Positions 11,301-22,899 of a stretch of DNA of 54,080 bases are shown here, one piece after another. The position numbers and the translations under genes were made by a program. Numbering within the stretch: position 1 is the stretch's first letter; each line of letters opens with the position of its first letter. The notes under the pieces are model-generated. The model ran no database searches and was not told the origin of the DNA. It worked only from the letters and a program-made list of their open reading frames with translations. Source of the stretch: Prorocentrum cordatum. Its lineage: Eukaryota. Location of the stretch: assembly GCA_963575745.1 (NCBI GenBank), contig CAUYUJ010000265.1:62001-116080 (forward strand), in the 5' to 3' direction.

Positions 11301-12583
11301 CACCGACCGCACCCACGCACCCACGCAGGCGATGTAACTGACGGCAGCTGCCATTCCCACTCCAATGGCCTTCCATCACGAAGGGAAGCCCCTCCAGGCG
11401 TCGAGGATTCGCGACATCCCTAGCACCCACCGCCAGCGATGTTCTAGTAGTGATCCGCGGATCCATCGGGGGTATCTGTCCCTGGCATGATCCCCCGTGC
11501 CAGCGCATTGGGTATTTTCTTCTGTTGTGCGATCGGAGCGCTGGCTGCACTCGGAAACTCCGCCACATAGTGGCGAAAAAACTCGTCGTGAGTCGCGTCG
11601 TCAACGTACTGAATACTGCCAACTGTACGATCATCAAAGGAGTACGCATAGGGATCCAGGCCTGCCAAGAAGCAGGGAGTGCGCATGCAGCGTCGAAGGT
11701 CGCGTCTTGGAGAACCGTTAACGAGCAGCCCAAAGCTTGTGTAACGGCCCACCAGAAGGCTGGCAACACAGTTACCCGAACATCATTTGCATTCCCTTTC
11801 TTGCCTGCACGCCCCCGCCCCCCCCCCCCCCCCCCCGGCTTCCACGACATAATTGCGGAAAGCACGGGGAGCCTGTCCGACACCGACGATGTGAGCGTCA
11901 GATCGAACGAGTGTGTGACATGGTCGGCTACACCCACATGCGGATGCAATGAGGGCGACGCGTCCTTGGCCGTTTCCGCCACGGGCTTCCGCAATACTGG
12001 TGCGAATAACTCGGGGCCCGTTGGTGAATGATGTGAAGACGCAAGAAGCTGAGCATTTCGAACACAGTCCGAGAGCGCTGGGGGGGAGGGACGGCTGGCT
12101 GGGGGCGCGGTCCGTCTTGTTGAGGTCCTGGCACTTGTACTTGTGCTCGATACCAAAGATCAAACCTGGCGGCGGAGCGGCAACGGCGCCTCCGGCCACG
12201 GGGATCAGGGAGTCAATCCATCGTGAGGTCGGCGCAGCTGGAGGAATAACACGGGGCCCCTGTAGAGGTCGCACTCGATGCAGTTGAGTCTCACGGCAGA
12301 GCGGTGGAATCCGACCCGTCGAGGCAGGGCGGCGAGAGGATGCCATGCAGGCCATGGTCAAGCGTGGAAGGGAGCCGGAGCTCCGCTACTAACCGGATGT
12401 CAAAGGTGAGATCTGCAAACGTACTGTTCTACAGTAAGCGACATGTAGCACGGTGTGTACAACACGAAAATAACACGAGCACGGAAAGTGCACCTACGGT
12501 GCCCCCGAGAAAAAGCGGCGGTCGAAGAAAGATGGCAATTAAAGCAAGGACTGTGCTGAGAGCTATCGCTCGAGCAAGAGGGC

Positions 12584-12711
12584 GAGGATGAGGAGTAGGA
12601 GGAGGAAGAGGAGGAGGAGAAGGAGAAGGAGAAGGAGAAGGAGAAGGAGAAGGAGAAGGAGAAGGGCATGGAAAATGAGGGGGAGGAGGAGAGGGAGGAG
12701 GAGGAGGAGGA
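12584..12711. repeat. (GGA)n/(GGAGAA)n purine tract at the LINE 3' junction
   Basis: Seen directly. Confidence 0.9.
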
Positions 12712-12939
12712 TTTTTTGACATCGACAAAGCAGCCACATACTCCTTGCCTGGTGGCGAGCCAGGCAAGGGACGCTCCTTGGCGTAAAACCTCCACAGATT
12801 CACCAGCGACGTCCTGGCGCCTGGAAGGCTTTCTGAAAGAGAAAAACAATCAGGGGGGGGCCGAAAGCCGAGGGGCGATTTCCAACAGACAGGAGGATCC
12901 CCATCGGCTAACGCCCCCCCCCCCCCCCCCCCCCGTTAA

Positions 12940-15120
12940 TTAGTCCGAGTCCGAGGAAACCAAACGGGGTTCCTGCGGAGCTGCAGAGGCGGCCGCCTCT
13001 TGGAGGCTGGCCGCGGAAGCGACACCGCGGCGAAAGGCACTTTCTGGCGAATCGGGCGGCACGTTGCAGGCCTCCTTGTTCACCTGAGGGCCCAAGCCTG
13101 GGGCGAAAAGAGGCAGACATGGCGAATCTACAATCGTGAGGCCTCGCGTGCATGCACGCGGGTATTTACCCGCCATGATCCTGTTGAAATTCGCGCGACC
13201 GTGCCTGCTGAACTGACCTGGGCAACGGTTCGCCAAATTGCTTTTGGCAAGCACTCCGTGGTGCAGGAAGGCTCCGCACTTCACACAAAGGAAACAGTCA
13301 GAGCCATCGGAAACATGAAATAAAGCAGGCACATGCGCATTGCTCTCGGCCGCATCCAAATCTGGTTGCGCCGAGCCTACACACTTGCCAGGGCCAGGTT
13401 TTGCCACGGACCTGGACCCTTTGCGACAGACCGTGCAACGCCACATGCCACTACAATGCTGCCACACGTGTCCCTGGACAGGCAGCCCCAGGGGTTTCCC
13501 AGGATGCTCGGCACGCAGCTCGACTCCGTCCAACTTCAGCTTTGGCCACTGTGGCAGAAGCTTCGCGGCCAAGCGGCACACAGCGCGGGCAACAGCAATG
13601 CAACTCTGAACACGATTTTCCTCGGCCTCAGTGGGTCGAGGATGCGCCTGCGCGCCCATCTTTGCGACGGCGTCAGCGTGGCCATTTCCCCGACGGCGAA
13701 AACGCTCACTCTCGTCAAGCTATGGCCCGTCGGGGTCTAAATGGGCCCTAACCTTGGTTAAGGCAGAGATGTGGCAGCACTGGTTGATGTACAAGAAAAG
13801 GCCAGCGTACTTGCGCTTGTGCGACAGTCGTGCCGCCGCGGGCAAGTTAAAATGCGAGACTACCGCCGGGCAGTCAGTGCAACAGTCACTCGGAGTCCCC
13901 AGCTGCAGGGAAGCCTGTGCTAGAGCTGTAAACTCGGCCGCGGGGGCCGACTGAGCGATCGGCGCCCACACAGGCCCATGCAGCGTGCATTCGGGTTGGC
14001 CATCAGCCGAGACCTGGACCACTCCCCATCCAGCCCTCGAAAGTTCTGGTATCGGATGCCCGAACAGACTTCCATCTACGAAAATTCGGCCCCCGATCAC
14101 TCCGTCATCGAAATCGCGATCGCCCCGATACGATTTGATTTCCACACCGCCGAACTCCCTAGGCTGAGGCCAATACCCTTCTGGATGCTCGAAGATGCCG
14201 CGCGTGTATAAAATTTCATCATCCTTCGTGAGCTCCACACACGCCACCTTGATGATATCCTCTTTCACCAACTCCTCCCTCTCGCCCCTCACGGCCTCAC
14301 AAGTCCAAAGCCCATGATGCGGGGTGTCAACAGCCTGCTGACAGAGAGGGCAGAGCAGCTGTTCGTCGTCTAACTGGTATCCAAGGGCATGAGCCCGTGA
14401 CGCTGCCCAGCAGCCACCACAGGCCAGATTACGAATAGCTCCTTTTTCCATGGGCGTGTAGCGATTTTTTTGCGGGCTTCAGATTTGACAATATCAAAAC
14501 ACACACGGTCCCAGGGCACCTCCAGTTTGACGGCAATGGACCTCTCAAGGTCCCGAACGACAGCCCTGCGCAAAATATCCTTGAGTAAAGTAGGACTGAC
14601 GTAAGTAAGCGAAACAGCAGTGCCACGATGATCCAGCAGCGCGGCGAAGTCCCGCGTTCGCCACCCTATCCTCTTTACAGACATGTACAACGCACTGATG
14701 GGTCCGTGAACGTGTCTCCATGTGATGGGAAGGGTGGCGGACTCGAACACAGCAGACCAAAGACGGCGCAGCTCTGGCATGCGAAAACAGAATGGAAAGG
14801 CCCTTGTCTGCGCTGCCCAGACCTCCTTGCTCCACCTCACGATCGGCGCAACCATCCCATACCAGCAAGGCTCATCCTCAAACACAAGTGCAGCAGACAA
14901 AGATCGTCCGCCACAAGACGGCCGTAGACACTTGCCAGCCTGCTGCCTGATACAACCTAACTCGGTGTTACTCAGACCGTGCACTTCAGCTCCGTAGCAC
15001 ATCCCTGGCAGTGGCCCACTACAGAAAATCTGCCGCGCAGATCGGCCAAGGATATGCCTCTGTCTCTTGATGCGCTCCACCTTCCTCCGAAAACCTATAT
15101 CTCTCTCTCTCTCTCTCTCT

Positions 15121-15184
<64 letters not shown>

Positions 15185-17700
15185 TTCCGCTTAACCGCCC
15201 TCCCTCGCACCCTGCTACCTTTCCCAGCCGCGTCATCAATCCCCAAGTTGACAGCAGTAGAGTGGTTCGCGCTGGGCCCCGACAAGGCCCCAAGCCACTC
15301 GGCCAACAACTTGCCGAGAGTGGCGTCACTGGCAACAAGGTTGGCCTTGTCGGGGGAGATAACAGACTTCAAATCCTCCGTGACCGCCACATAAACAGCT
15401 GCCGTAGCCGACTTCAAATCAGCCAAGACCTGCTTGAAAGCGCCAGTACTAGAAATACCTATGTCATCTATGAAGAGGTCGATGCTAGTGGTGGGCCCCA
15501 CAGAGACCTGCAAAAACGTATCCATGTAGAAGATACGCACATAAGTTGTAGCTAGACTGCAGCCTGCAATAACACCCCTGAATGCCAGGAAAGGCCCAGC
15601 CAGGAACCCAGCGATGTTAATGAAACGAGCCGATTTGTAAGCAGCCAGCGAAACCTTGATGACTGCGCGCGAGAAACCCAATTTAAGACACCGAGCCTCA
15701 AGATCCCCAAGGTCCATCAACTCTTAAAACTTATACATGTCCCATAAGACTGTCGCAGCATATCCCCATGTTCGTGCGGACCCTTCTGCACGAGCAGCTT
15801 GGCGCCAGACAACATCCGTGGCACTCTTAAACCCACTACCTGAGAAAAAACTTGCCGAGTGAGCCTCCTCCCATTCCACTGCAACCTCCCTCCTGATCTT
15901 CCCCCACAAGCGGTAAGTGGACGTGAAGATCCCGATCGGGCGCAGGCCGCCCATCGGCTTTGGAAGCATAGCCAGCATCACGAAACGAATCTGGATGGGA
16001 AGAGTCGACATCATCTCAATGATACCGAAGATGTAGGCTAGGACTTCGAGCGATCCGTTGCAAAGAAGCCGAAAGTGCCTCATGTGAAAACCATCAAGAC
16101 TGACTGCAGATCGACTATTGCATGAGCGGCTTGCCAAACGAATAGTGTCAACAGAAACTCTTGGCAAGGCAGGCATAGGCTGGAAATCCTGGCACTGGTT
16201 GTAGTCGATGGATTCGGCTCCTTCAGTAGCCAGCCACAGGCCTTTGAACCTGAGCCCTTCAGCCTTGAGTAACGACAATGGGTCTGATAGCACCTGACCC
16301 GATGCTGACAGCGTCGAGGACGGAGCCCAGGCTTCGACTGGCTTCGACCAAGCGTGGGCCGCGCGAGCCCCTTGGTCGATGTCCTTCAGAAGCCACTCAT
16401 TCCAGGCACGGTCAGCATCGTTCTTGGCAGCGAGCGAGGCCATCTTCAGCGCGTCTGCGAGGCGCGTCGAGATGGCGTAGCAATCATCGAAAGACTGGCC
16501 GTCCTTCGCTATAAACTCACATACATCTGCATACAACTGGCTGGAATCACTCTTGGCGAAGTTGTCCAGAATGAAACTCGAAGGGGAACAGATGGCTGCT
16601 TTTGCGTGAAATCTGGCTGGCTTGTCGGGCTCTCCAGCACGTACATGAATCCACCAGAGCCGATAATTCTGACAAAGCCAGCGGACACAGAACAACGCGG
16701 GGGTGTCGACCTGGACGTTTGTCTCTTTTCCTGATGTCAACCCACCAGACTTGTGGAGATTCTCCCCGACAACCATTCTTAGGCAACTTGGTCTGAAGGG
16801 CCCCTTGCAACTCCAACTCAGCCGCATTAGCCCAAGACTTGTACAACGCGTCGAGCCCCTCAAATGCCTCGCGAGACCCACGCTGAGCACAATCACAAAC
16901 TCCCTCAGCAAGTTTGAGAACTTGGCTCCAGTCACGGGGGGCAGGGGCAGGACCAATAGGTGGTTCGACCGGAAGAGGGGGAGGTTTCCGAAACGATAAC
17001 ACCTTCAGGTCCCCCAACTGCTCGAAAAAGGTCATTTCCACAGGATAATGCGGTGAGATGTTAACATTACGATTTACCTGGATCGAGCAGATACCCTTGG
17101 CGAGCCCACTAGAAACCAGGAAATAGCCCAGGACACGAACTCCCGCAGAAGAAAGACACGTCCCAGACTCCGTGCTCACCAACTGGGCCTCCAGGGACTC
17201 AACGTACTGGCACTTGCCTAAGACCGCGGGGTCCATGTTGAAGTCCCCTCCGATAATATACGAAGACATGCACGAGCTGACCGTGGAGCCTATCTCAGCG
17301 AGAATGTCAAGATTCGCATCGCTGAGCTCTTCAACACAGTGCAAGTAGCAACTGATCAGCAGGATGGGATCCCCCTTGCCTACATGAGTCCACGCTGCCA
17401 TTGCACGGTGCTGGCATACCTTAGTACCTCCGACTGGCTCGTGCAATCCAAGATAGCTCCTGACCAGAACCGCCACCCCGCCTGAGGTGTACACGCCCGT
17501 ATCTTCACGAGTCACCTTAGCTGGTTCGAAGAGGCCCTTCCACCCGTTCTTGAGCAACCAACTCTGGGCCTCAGCAATCTGGTATTCTCTAAGGCGATGC
17601 TCCTGTAACAAAACTACGTGAGCCGACGTGGTCGGCAGCCACTCTTTGGCTGATGACCACGCCGTACAATTTCAACTACAAACCTGCAGAGCAATGGCAT
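12940..17700 (-). pseudogene. LINE ORF2: AP endonuclease, reverse transcriptase, RNase H, C-terminal Cys motifs
   Basis: EN: NCTAW, LQEH, SGGVAVL, GGDFN, SPHYPV. RT: LRPIGI..YRLWGK, WDMYKF*E, RGVIAGCSLA, FIDD, NLGID. RNase H: FVDGS, AAE, TDC, KVRAH, GNGHADAVAK. C-terminus: WRCTVC, CVKCG. In-frame stops at 17672, 15724 and 13720; frameshifts near 16700, 15100-15180 and 14460. Confidence 0.95.
15100..15182. repeat. (CT)n microsatellite expanded inside ORF2
   Basis: About 40 CT units interrupting RAVKRKQR...IGFRRKVERIKR. Confidence 0.95.
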
Positions 17701-18041
17701 CCTTACCAGGGGCCTGGGGGGTCCCAAAGAAGTCAAAACTGTCAGACCCCCCTGACAGGGGCTGAGAGAGACCACACCCCACGTCGGCAAGACTAAATTT
17801 AACGTGGGGGGCGGAGATGCCCGCCGAAAGGCTCGTCAGCGGATATGCTAAAGGCTGCACAGACAGCGTGTCACGCCTTCCAAAATCATTCCCGAGACTA
17901 CCCGTGGCCGCTGGGCCACTGTCGGCAGGAGACAAAAGAAACCAGAGAAACGTATCCAGTTTTGAGATGGTCCGAGCGAGGCGATCCACTGGCTCGAGCT
18001 TACAAAAAGTTTTTTCATGGAGCCGTTTCCCCCTGCCGTCC

Positions 18042-19211
18042 TTATGGGGCGCGCACGGCAGGGGGAGAGGCTTGCTGAGGCTTGTCAAGAGCCGCAGCCG
18101 CGCGCTCACGCACTGAAGAGGCTGCTGAAGCGTCGCTGTCGCTGCCTTCCCCAGCAGCCGCCACAGACTCCGCCTGTGGCTCACGTGAAGCTGGAGCGGC
18201 AGGCGGTGTCCTCGGTGCTGCTCCTGCCGCAGCCGTCGGCTGAGCTGCCCCAGGAAGCGTGCCTCCATCCTCGTCGGCCCGCCGCTTCTTGCCCAACCTA
18301 GCCACGTGCTTGGCCTGCTCCTCAAGAATGTTGTTGGCCTTCGTGAGGGCGTCAGCGAACATGGATGAGGCTTCGCGGAACTGGGCGTTGAGCGTCTGGC
18401 GGCGTGTCTCCATCTCATCCTTATCTTCCTTGGCAATAGTATACTCACTCTCGTCGGATTTGAAAATCGAGTCGAGGCTGACCAGGTCGAACACGGTGCA
18501 CTTACCGTCCATGAGCTCGGATACATCGACCTTGCCGACGACACCCTTTGAACAGTCTTCGGTGCTGACCATGCCACCAGCCAACTCCCTGACAAGCTCC
18601 TTGAATTTTTCGTCGGCGTCCTGTAGCCCGGCACGTGCAGCAGCAGCAGCGTCCCGTTGCACACTGAGCTGATCTTCCAGCTTGCCGAGGCGGTCCAATT
18701 CGACTGAAAGCTTCCTTTCCCAGTATTGAACGTTACTATGAGCTTTTGCGGCCCGCTGTTGTACAGGAACGGGCTGTGCTGACTTCGTGAGCTTGTCCAG
18801 GGCCTGCTTGTGCTTGTTAGCGGCTGCCATATCACCTCCTTTCTCGCAGAGTGAGATGAGCTGGCGCACCTCGTCGGCCGAGAGGGAGACGCTTCCGACA
18901 CTGCCGTTGAACCCGTTGCCACCAGCCCCACCACCAGGAGGAACCTGAGGCCCAGGAAGGCGCGGAAGGTCTGGCCACTGAGCTGGGTCATGCCTCTCTG
19001 CGCCGCAATGCTTGCAGAAAGCCCACGAGTCGATGTTCTTGTTGCAGTTGCACTGGCTGCACCGCCAGCGCCTGCCGCTCCACTGGCCTGCCCACGCAGC
19101 CCCCTGCCCCCTGCCCTCGCGGCTGCCCCACTGGGTCGGGCCGCGCCAGGGCGGGGTAGGCTGCCAGGCACCGTTGCCTTGCCCACGCGACTGCCAGGAG
19201 CCATTGGACAT
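18042..19211 (-). CDS. LINE ORF1 (389 aa): RanBP2-like zinc finger plus coiled coil
   Basis: gccATG at 19211; G/W/Q-rich N-terminus; [21 protein letters not shown] (19005-19067); heptad-like region; KKRRAD basic motif; uninterrupted frame. Confidence 0.85.
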   Translation of the reverse strand: MSNGSWQSRGQGNGAWQPTPPWRGPTQWGSREGRGQGAAWAGQWSGRRWRCSQCNCNKNIDSWAFCKHCGAERHDPAQWPDLPRLPGPQVPPGGGAGGNGFNGSVGSVSLSADEVRQLISLCEKGGDMAAANKHKQALDKLTKSAQPVPVQQRAAKAHSNVQYWERKLSVELDRLGKLEDQLSVQRDAAAAARAGLQDADEKFKELVRELAGGMVSTEDCSKGVVGKVDVSELMDGKCTVFDLVSLDSIFKSDESEYTIAKEDKDEMETRRQTLNAQFREASSMFADALTKANNILEEQAKHVARLGKKRRADEDGGTLPGAAQPTAAAGAAPRTPPAAPASREPQAESVAAAGEGSDSDASAASSVRERAAAALDKPQQASPPAVRAP

Positions 19212-19318
19212 GGCAGAGGGAAACTCTGTGGAGCGGTCAGAAACGAGCCACCTGACCCGATACTGCAATGCCGTTCTGAAGTTCGCAGTATCAAACACAC
19301 CTGTGTGCCAGAACGGCT
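19212..19318 (-). promoter_or_regulatory. Structured LINE 5'UTR (predicted pseudoknot plus hairpins)
   Basis: Complementary pairs 19309-19317/19270-19278, 19283-19292/19259-19268, 19252-19257/19235-19240, 19224-19228/19214-19218. Confidence 0.6.
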
Positions 19319-19505
19319 GGAGGAGGAGGAGGAGGCGGAGGAGGAGGCGGAGGAGGAGACGAAGGAGGAGGAGGAAGAGGAGGAGGAGGAGGAGGCGGAG
19401 GACGGTGGAAGGGAGGGAGGAGGGAAGATGGAGCATAGAGGATGGAAGAGGAGGATGGAGGAGCGAGGAGGAAAGAGGAGGAGGAGGAGGAGAAGCAGCA
19501 GCAGC
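19319..19505. repeat. (GGA)n tract at the LINE 5' junction
   Basis: Seen directly. Confidence 0.9.
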
Positions 19506-19704
19506 ATGTGGAGGACAGGACAGCCCAGAGCGCAACGAGGGCGCTGGGGAGGTGCCCTCGCCCGCTGGCGGCTGGGGGTTGCGGCGCGGCGCCTCCCCCC
19601 GCGGCGGGCGCGGTGTGGCGGGCGCGCCACGCGGGCCTGCTGGCAGCGGCCGCACCGCATCAGCTGCGGCTGCTGTTGCTGCGGGGCCTCGGGGCACGCG
19701 GAGG

Positions 19705-19985
19705 GGTTCGGGCTCGGGCTTCGGCTCGGGCTCGGGCTCAGGCTCGGGCTCCAGCTCTGGCTTCCGCTCTCGCTTGGGCTGGGGTTCGGGCTCGGGTTCG
19801 GGCTCGACCTCGAGCTCGGGCTCGGGCTCGGGCTTGGGCACGCGATTCGGGCTCGGGCTACGGCTCGGGCCCGGGCTCGGTCTCAGGCTCGGGCTGGAGC
19901 TCGGGCTCGGATTCGGGCTCGTGCCTGCGTTCGGGCTCGGGCTCGCGTTCGGGCTCCGAGCTTGGGCTCGGGCCTGGGATCGGGG
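19705..19985. repeat. (GGCTCG)n hexamer array
   Basis: Seen directly. Confidence 0.9.
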
Positions 19986-20189
19986 CTCCAGGAGAGGCCT
20001 GGGAGGGGGGGGCGAGGGACGAGGAGGATACGAGGATGAGGAAGGGAGGAGTGCGGGAGAGAGAGGAGGGAGGAAGAGAATGTACATGAATTGACCGCCA
20101 GGATGCTGGGCAACTCGCTGTCGGGCTGCAACTCGACTTGCAGGCGCTCGGCATCCTCCCCCCTCTGGGGGGGCCCTCCTCTTGCAATG

Positions 20190-20555
20190 GGTCGAGGATC
20201 GAGGATCAAGGTTAGAGGATCGACGTTCAAGGATCGAGGGCCGAGATTCGAGGTCCGAAGCTCGAGGATGGAGGAACGAGGTTCGAGGATCGAGGATCGA
20301 CGAGGTCCAAGGATCGAGGATCGAACTTCTAGGGCCGAGATCCGAGGTGCAAGGATCGAAGACCGAGGTTCGAGGATCTAGGATCGATGCTTGAGGTTCG
20401 AGGCTTGAGGACAGGGGTTCGAGGCTCGAGGGCCGGGATTCGAAGCCCAAGGATCGAGCATGGATGCTCGAGGTTCGAGGACAGGGGCTCGAGGCTCGAT
20501 GCTCGAGGACAGACGGCCGAGGCTCGAGGCTTAAGGATGCCGGACGCCCCTCGAG
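20190..20555. repeat. Heptamer array (TCGAGGA/TCGAGGC)
   Basis: 7-bp register gaggatc/gaggttc/gaggctc. Confidence 0.85.
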
Positions 20556-20585
20556 ATGCTTGCCAGAAGGCACCCCAGGACAGGC

Positions 20586-20788
20586 TTAAGTCGGGACTGT
20601 CCCCCTACAGGGGGATTTTCGACTAAAAACAAACGATACCCCAAAAACAATCAAAAAAAAAGTCCAAAAATACTCTGGGGACTATTTTTGATAATTGTTG
20701 GACCTCTTTGGGGTATTTGGGGGGTATTTGAGGGGTATGTTTTATTTTTCGTCGACAATCCCCCTGTAGGGGAACACGCCCGACTTAA
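20586..20788. mobile_element. 203-bp MITE with 8-bp TSD
   Basis: About 57-bp imperfect TIRs (ttaagtcggg..cccctacagggggatt.tcgac); GGACAGGC duplicated at 20578-20585 and 20789-20796; AT-rich interior. Confidence 0.88.
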
Positions 20789-22606
20789 GGACAGGCCTGG
20801 GTGTCCACGGCGACACTCCTCTGGGCCTGGCGGCCCCAGCGCAGCGCCTCGAGGTCCGAGGACCGGCGCTTTTGGGCCCTGCCTTTGGCCTCCTGGGGCA
20901 CCCTGGTCGGGTGTTGCTAGAAGCACCCCTGGCCCAAGGTACCCCCAGGATTCTCGGGGTGGCCCAGACGGCCTCCAGGGCACCCCTCACGAGGCCCAGA
21001 GGGCCCCAGGGGCTCCAAAATAGAGCGAAAAGCTGGGGGTACCATGGGCTGGCCATGGCTGGACTGTGCTGGAAATTCTCGATTGCGTTCTGGACAGGTC
21101 CAGGGATCGACTTCGACCCCGAGCCGCGAGCTCCCACGTCTGCAGTGAGAACACAGAACGGAGGCTCTGCGCCGCCTTCGGAGTCTCGGGGACGCCTTCG
21201 GGCCCCAGAAGAGAATACAGGATGCACAGCCCAGCCCTGGGACGATCTCTCCCCGACCCGTTCCTGCCCTCACGCAACTCCTCCGCTCGGCGGCGAGCGA
21301 GGGGAGGAAGTGAGAAGGAGAAGGCCTGCTCAGGAAACGGCGGGGCTTCTCAGAAGGCCTCCGGCCTTCTGCGAGGCTTCCTGTGTCGTCGGGGAAGGCC
21401 TAGGCAACTTCTCGGCAGGCCGGGGGACTCCCGAGCCTTCTGCGAAGGCCCGCCCCTTCTTGCTTCCCCGGCTCGCTCGCCGCCGAAACTCCTCCACCAT
21501 TCTCTCGCCCTCATCCCTGTCCTTCCTGCCGCCTCTCCTCTTCCAGTCGTGCTCCCCCTGCCCCCCCTCCACGCAAGCTGCCCCCCGGGGATGCCGAAGC
21601 AGGACGGGGACCCCGCTCTCGAGGCGGCCGATCCGCGAGGAGGCCTCGGGCCCTCGCCCTGCCCAGCGGGGGAGGGTAGAGGGAGGAGACCGGCACAGAC
21701 CGCAGACCCGTCGGTCGGAAGAAGTCGGTGGGAGCACGAGGCGGGAGGGCGTTGGAAGCCGGCTCGGGCGCCCGCCCGCCGCCCCGAAAGGGAGGGAGGA
21801 GGGACGAGCACTCGCAGGTGGAAGCAGGAGGGCGCCCCAAGACAGACGGGGATCTGGGAGTCCAGAGATGCCCACGACGAGATGTCCGTCGCTCACGGGG
21901 CCTCTCGAAGTCCTGGCTGAAAACACACGGAGGAGGAGGAGGAGGAGGAGGAGGAGGAGGAGGAGGAGGAGGAGGAGGAGGAGGAGGAGGGGGGTGCGCT
22001 CGACCAGGACTTCGAGGGGAACCCAGCGGACGGCGGCGTGGCACGGGCAGTGGCCTCGCATGTCTCGACCAGGGGCGAAAAGAGGCTCAAGCTCGGGCCC
22101 CTGCTGCTTTGCGCCTGCCCGTAGCGCCCGCCGTCCTCGGCATCACCGCGACAAGCCCGACCTGGGGCAATCACAACTCACCCGAAGCGCGAAATGCCGA
22201 AGCGCTAGCCCTGATTACAGCTGCTCGGCCCCAGCTGCACGCAAAGACTGAAACCACTGCCAAACGGGACCTCCGCGCCCAGTGGCCTGCGCGCACCATC
22301 GCGCGCACAACCACCGCACGAAGACGACACGACCGCAGAGCTAACCAGACGTGAAACACGACTCCGCACTTTTACTCGCAGCGCAAGTCTTGATATCACG
22401 GGACCACTGCCATCTCTCATGGCGTCGACCGTGGTCGTCGTCGTCGTCCTCGTCTTCGTCGTCTTCGTCGTCTTCGTCGTCGTCTTCGTCGTCTTCGTCG
22501 TCGTCGTCGCCTCCGCTTGCGCGGTCACCAGGCATATGCCCGTCGAGCCTGGACGAACGCCCCACCTCGAAGATGAATAAACGGCATAAGCATGAACTTT
22601 CGACGG

Positions 22607-22693
22607 TCCGCGCGGATTTCTCGGATCTGTGCTGGGGCGGCGCCAGAGGCGCCGCCAGGGGGATCCAAAGCAGATCCGAGAAATCCGCGCGGA
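22607..22693. repeat. Perfect 23-bp inverted repeat (hairpin family, copy 1)
   Basis: tccgcgcggatttctcggatctg / cagatccgagaaatccgcgcgga; the 41-nt loop contains ggcggcgcc-aga-ggcgccgcc. Confidence 0.9.
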
Positions 22694-22899
22694 GCTGGTG
22701 AGCATGACCTGATGTTTTGGGCCATCCGCCAGCGTGGCCCCTGGCACTTCAGGCGTGCTAGGCCACCAAGTGCTGTCTGACGGGGTTCTTATCATTCTTT
22801 CACGGGCCCATCTCCTCCCGATACGTCCACCCGAGTTAATGACCCCCCTCCCCCCCAAGCTTCCTGGGCAGCCCTTTCGCCTGTCTGGAGCTCTCAAAC

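Larger units (their letters stand above)
7050..12583 (-). mobile_element. Decayed Gag-protease-dUTPase retroelement (LTR/copia-like polyprotein 5' half); no LTR, integrase or RT seen
   Basis: Colinear minus-strand remnants of Gag with zinc knuckle, aspartic protease and dUTPase, followed by further coding-like sequence; many stops and frameshifts; boundaries approximate. Confidence 0.75.
12712..19318 (-). mobile_element. Full-length non-LTR retrotransposon (LINE): ORF1 plus APE-RT-RNase H ORF2
   Basis: 5'UTR, ORF1, ORF2 domains in canonical order, G21 tract in the 3'UTR (12914-12934), terminal A6 (12712-12717); both ends abut (GGA)n. Confidence 0.95.

Noticed and set aside
11400..12560. Separate gene upstream of Gag
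   Set aside because: Fragmented frames with no motif; treated as the element leader
18042..19211. ORF1 domestication (intact while ORF2 is broken)
   Set aside because: About six lesions over a four-times-longer ORF2 make zero in ORF1 unremarkable
19212..19318. HDV-like or hammerhead ribozyme
   Set aside because: No room for P3/L3 or P4/J4-2, and no CUGANGA-GAAA core
19212..20573. N-terminal extension of the 843-aa ORF upstream of ORF1
   Set aside because: Crosses the LINE boundary into GGA, hexamer and heptamer repeats; the likely start is 19211
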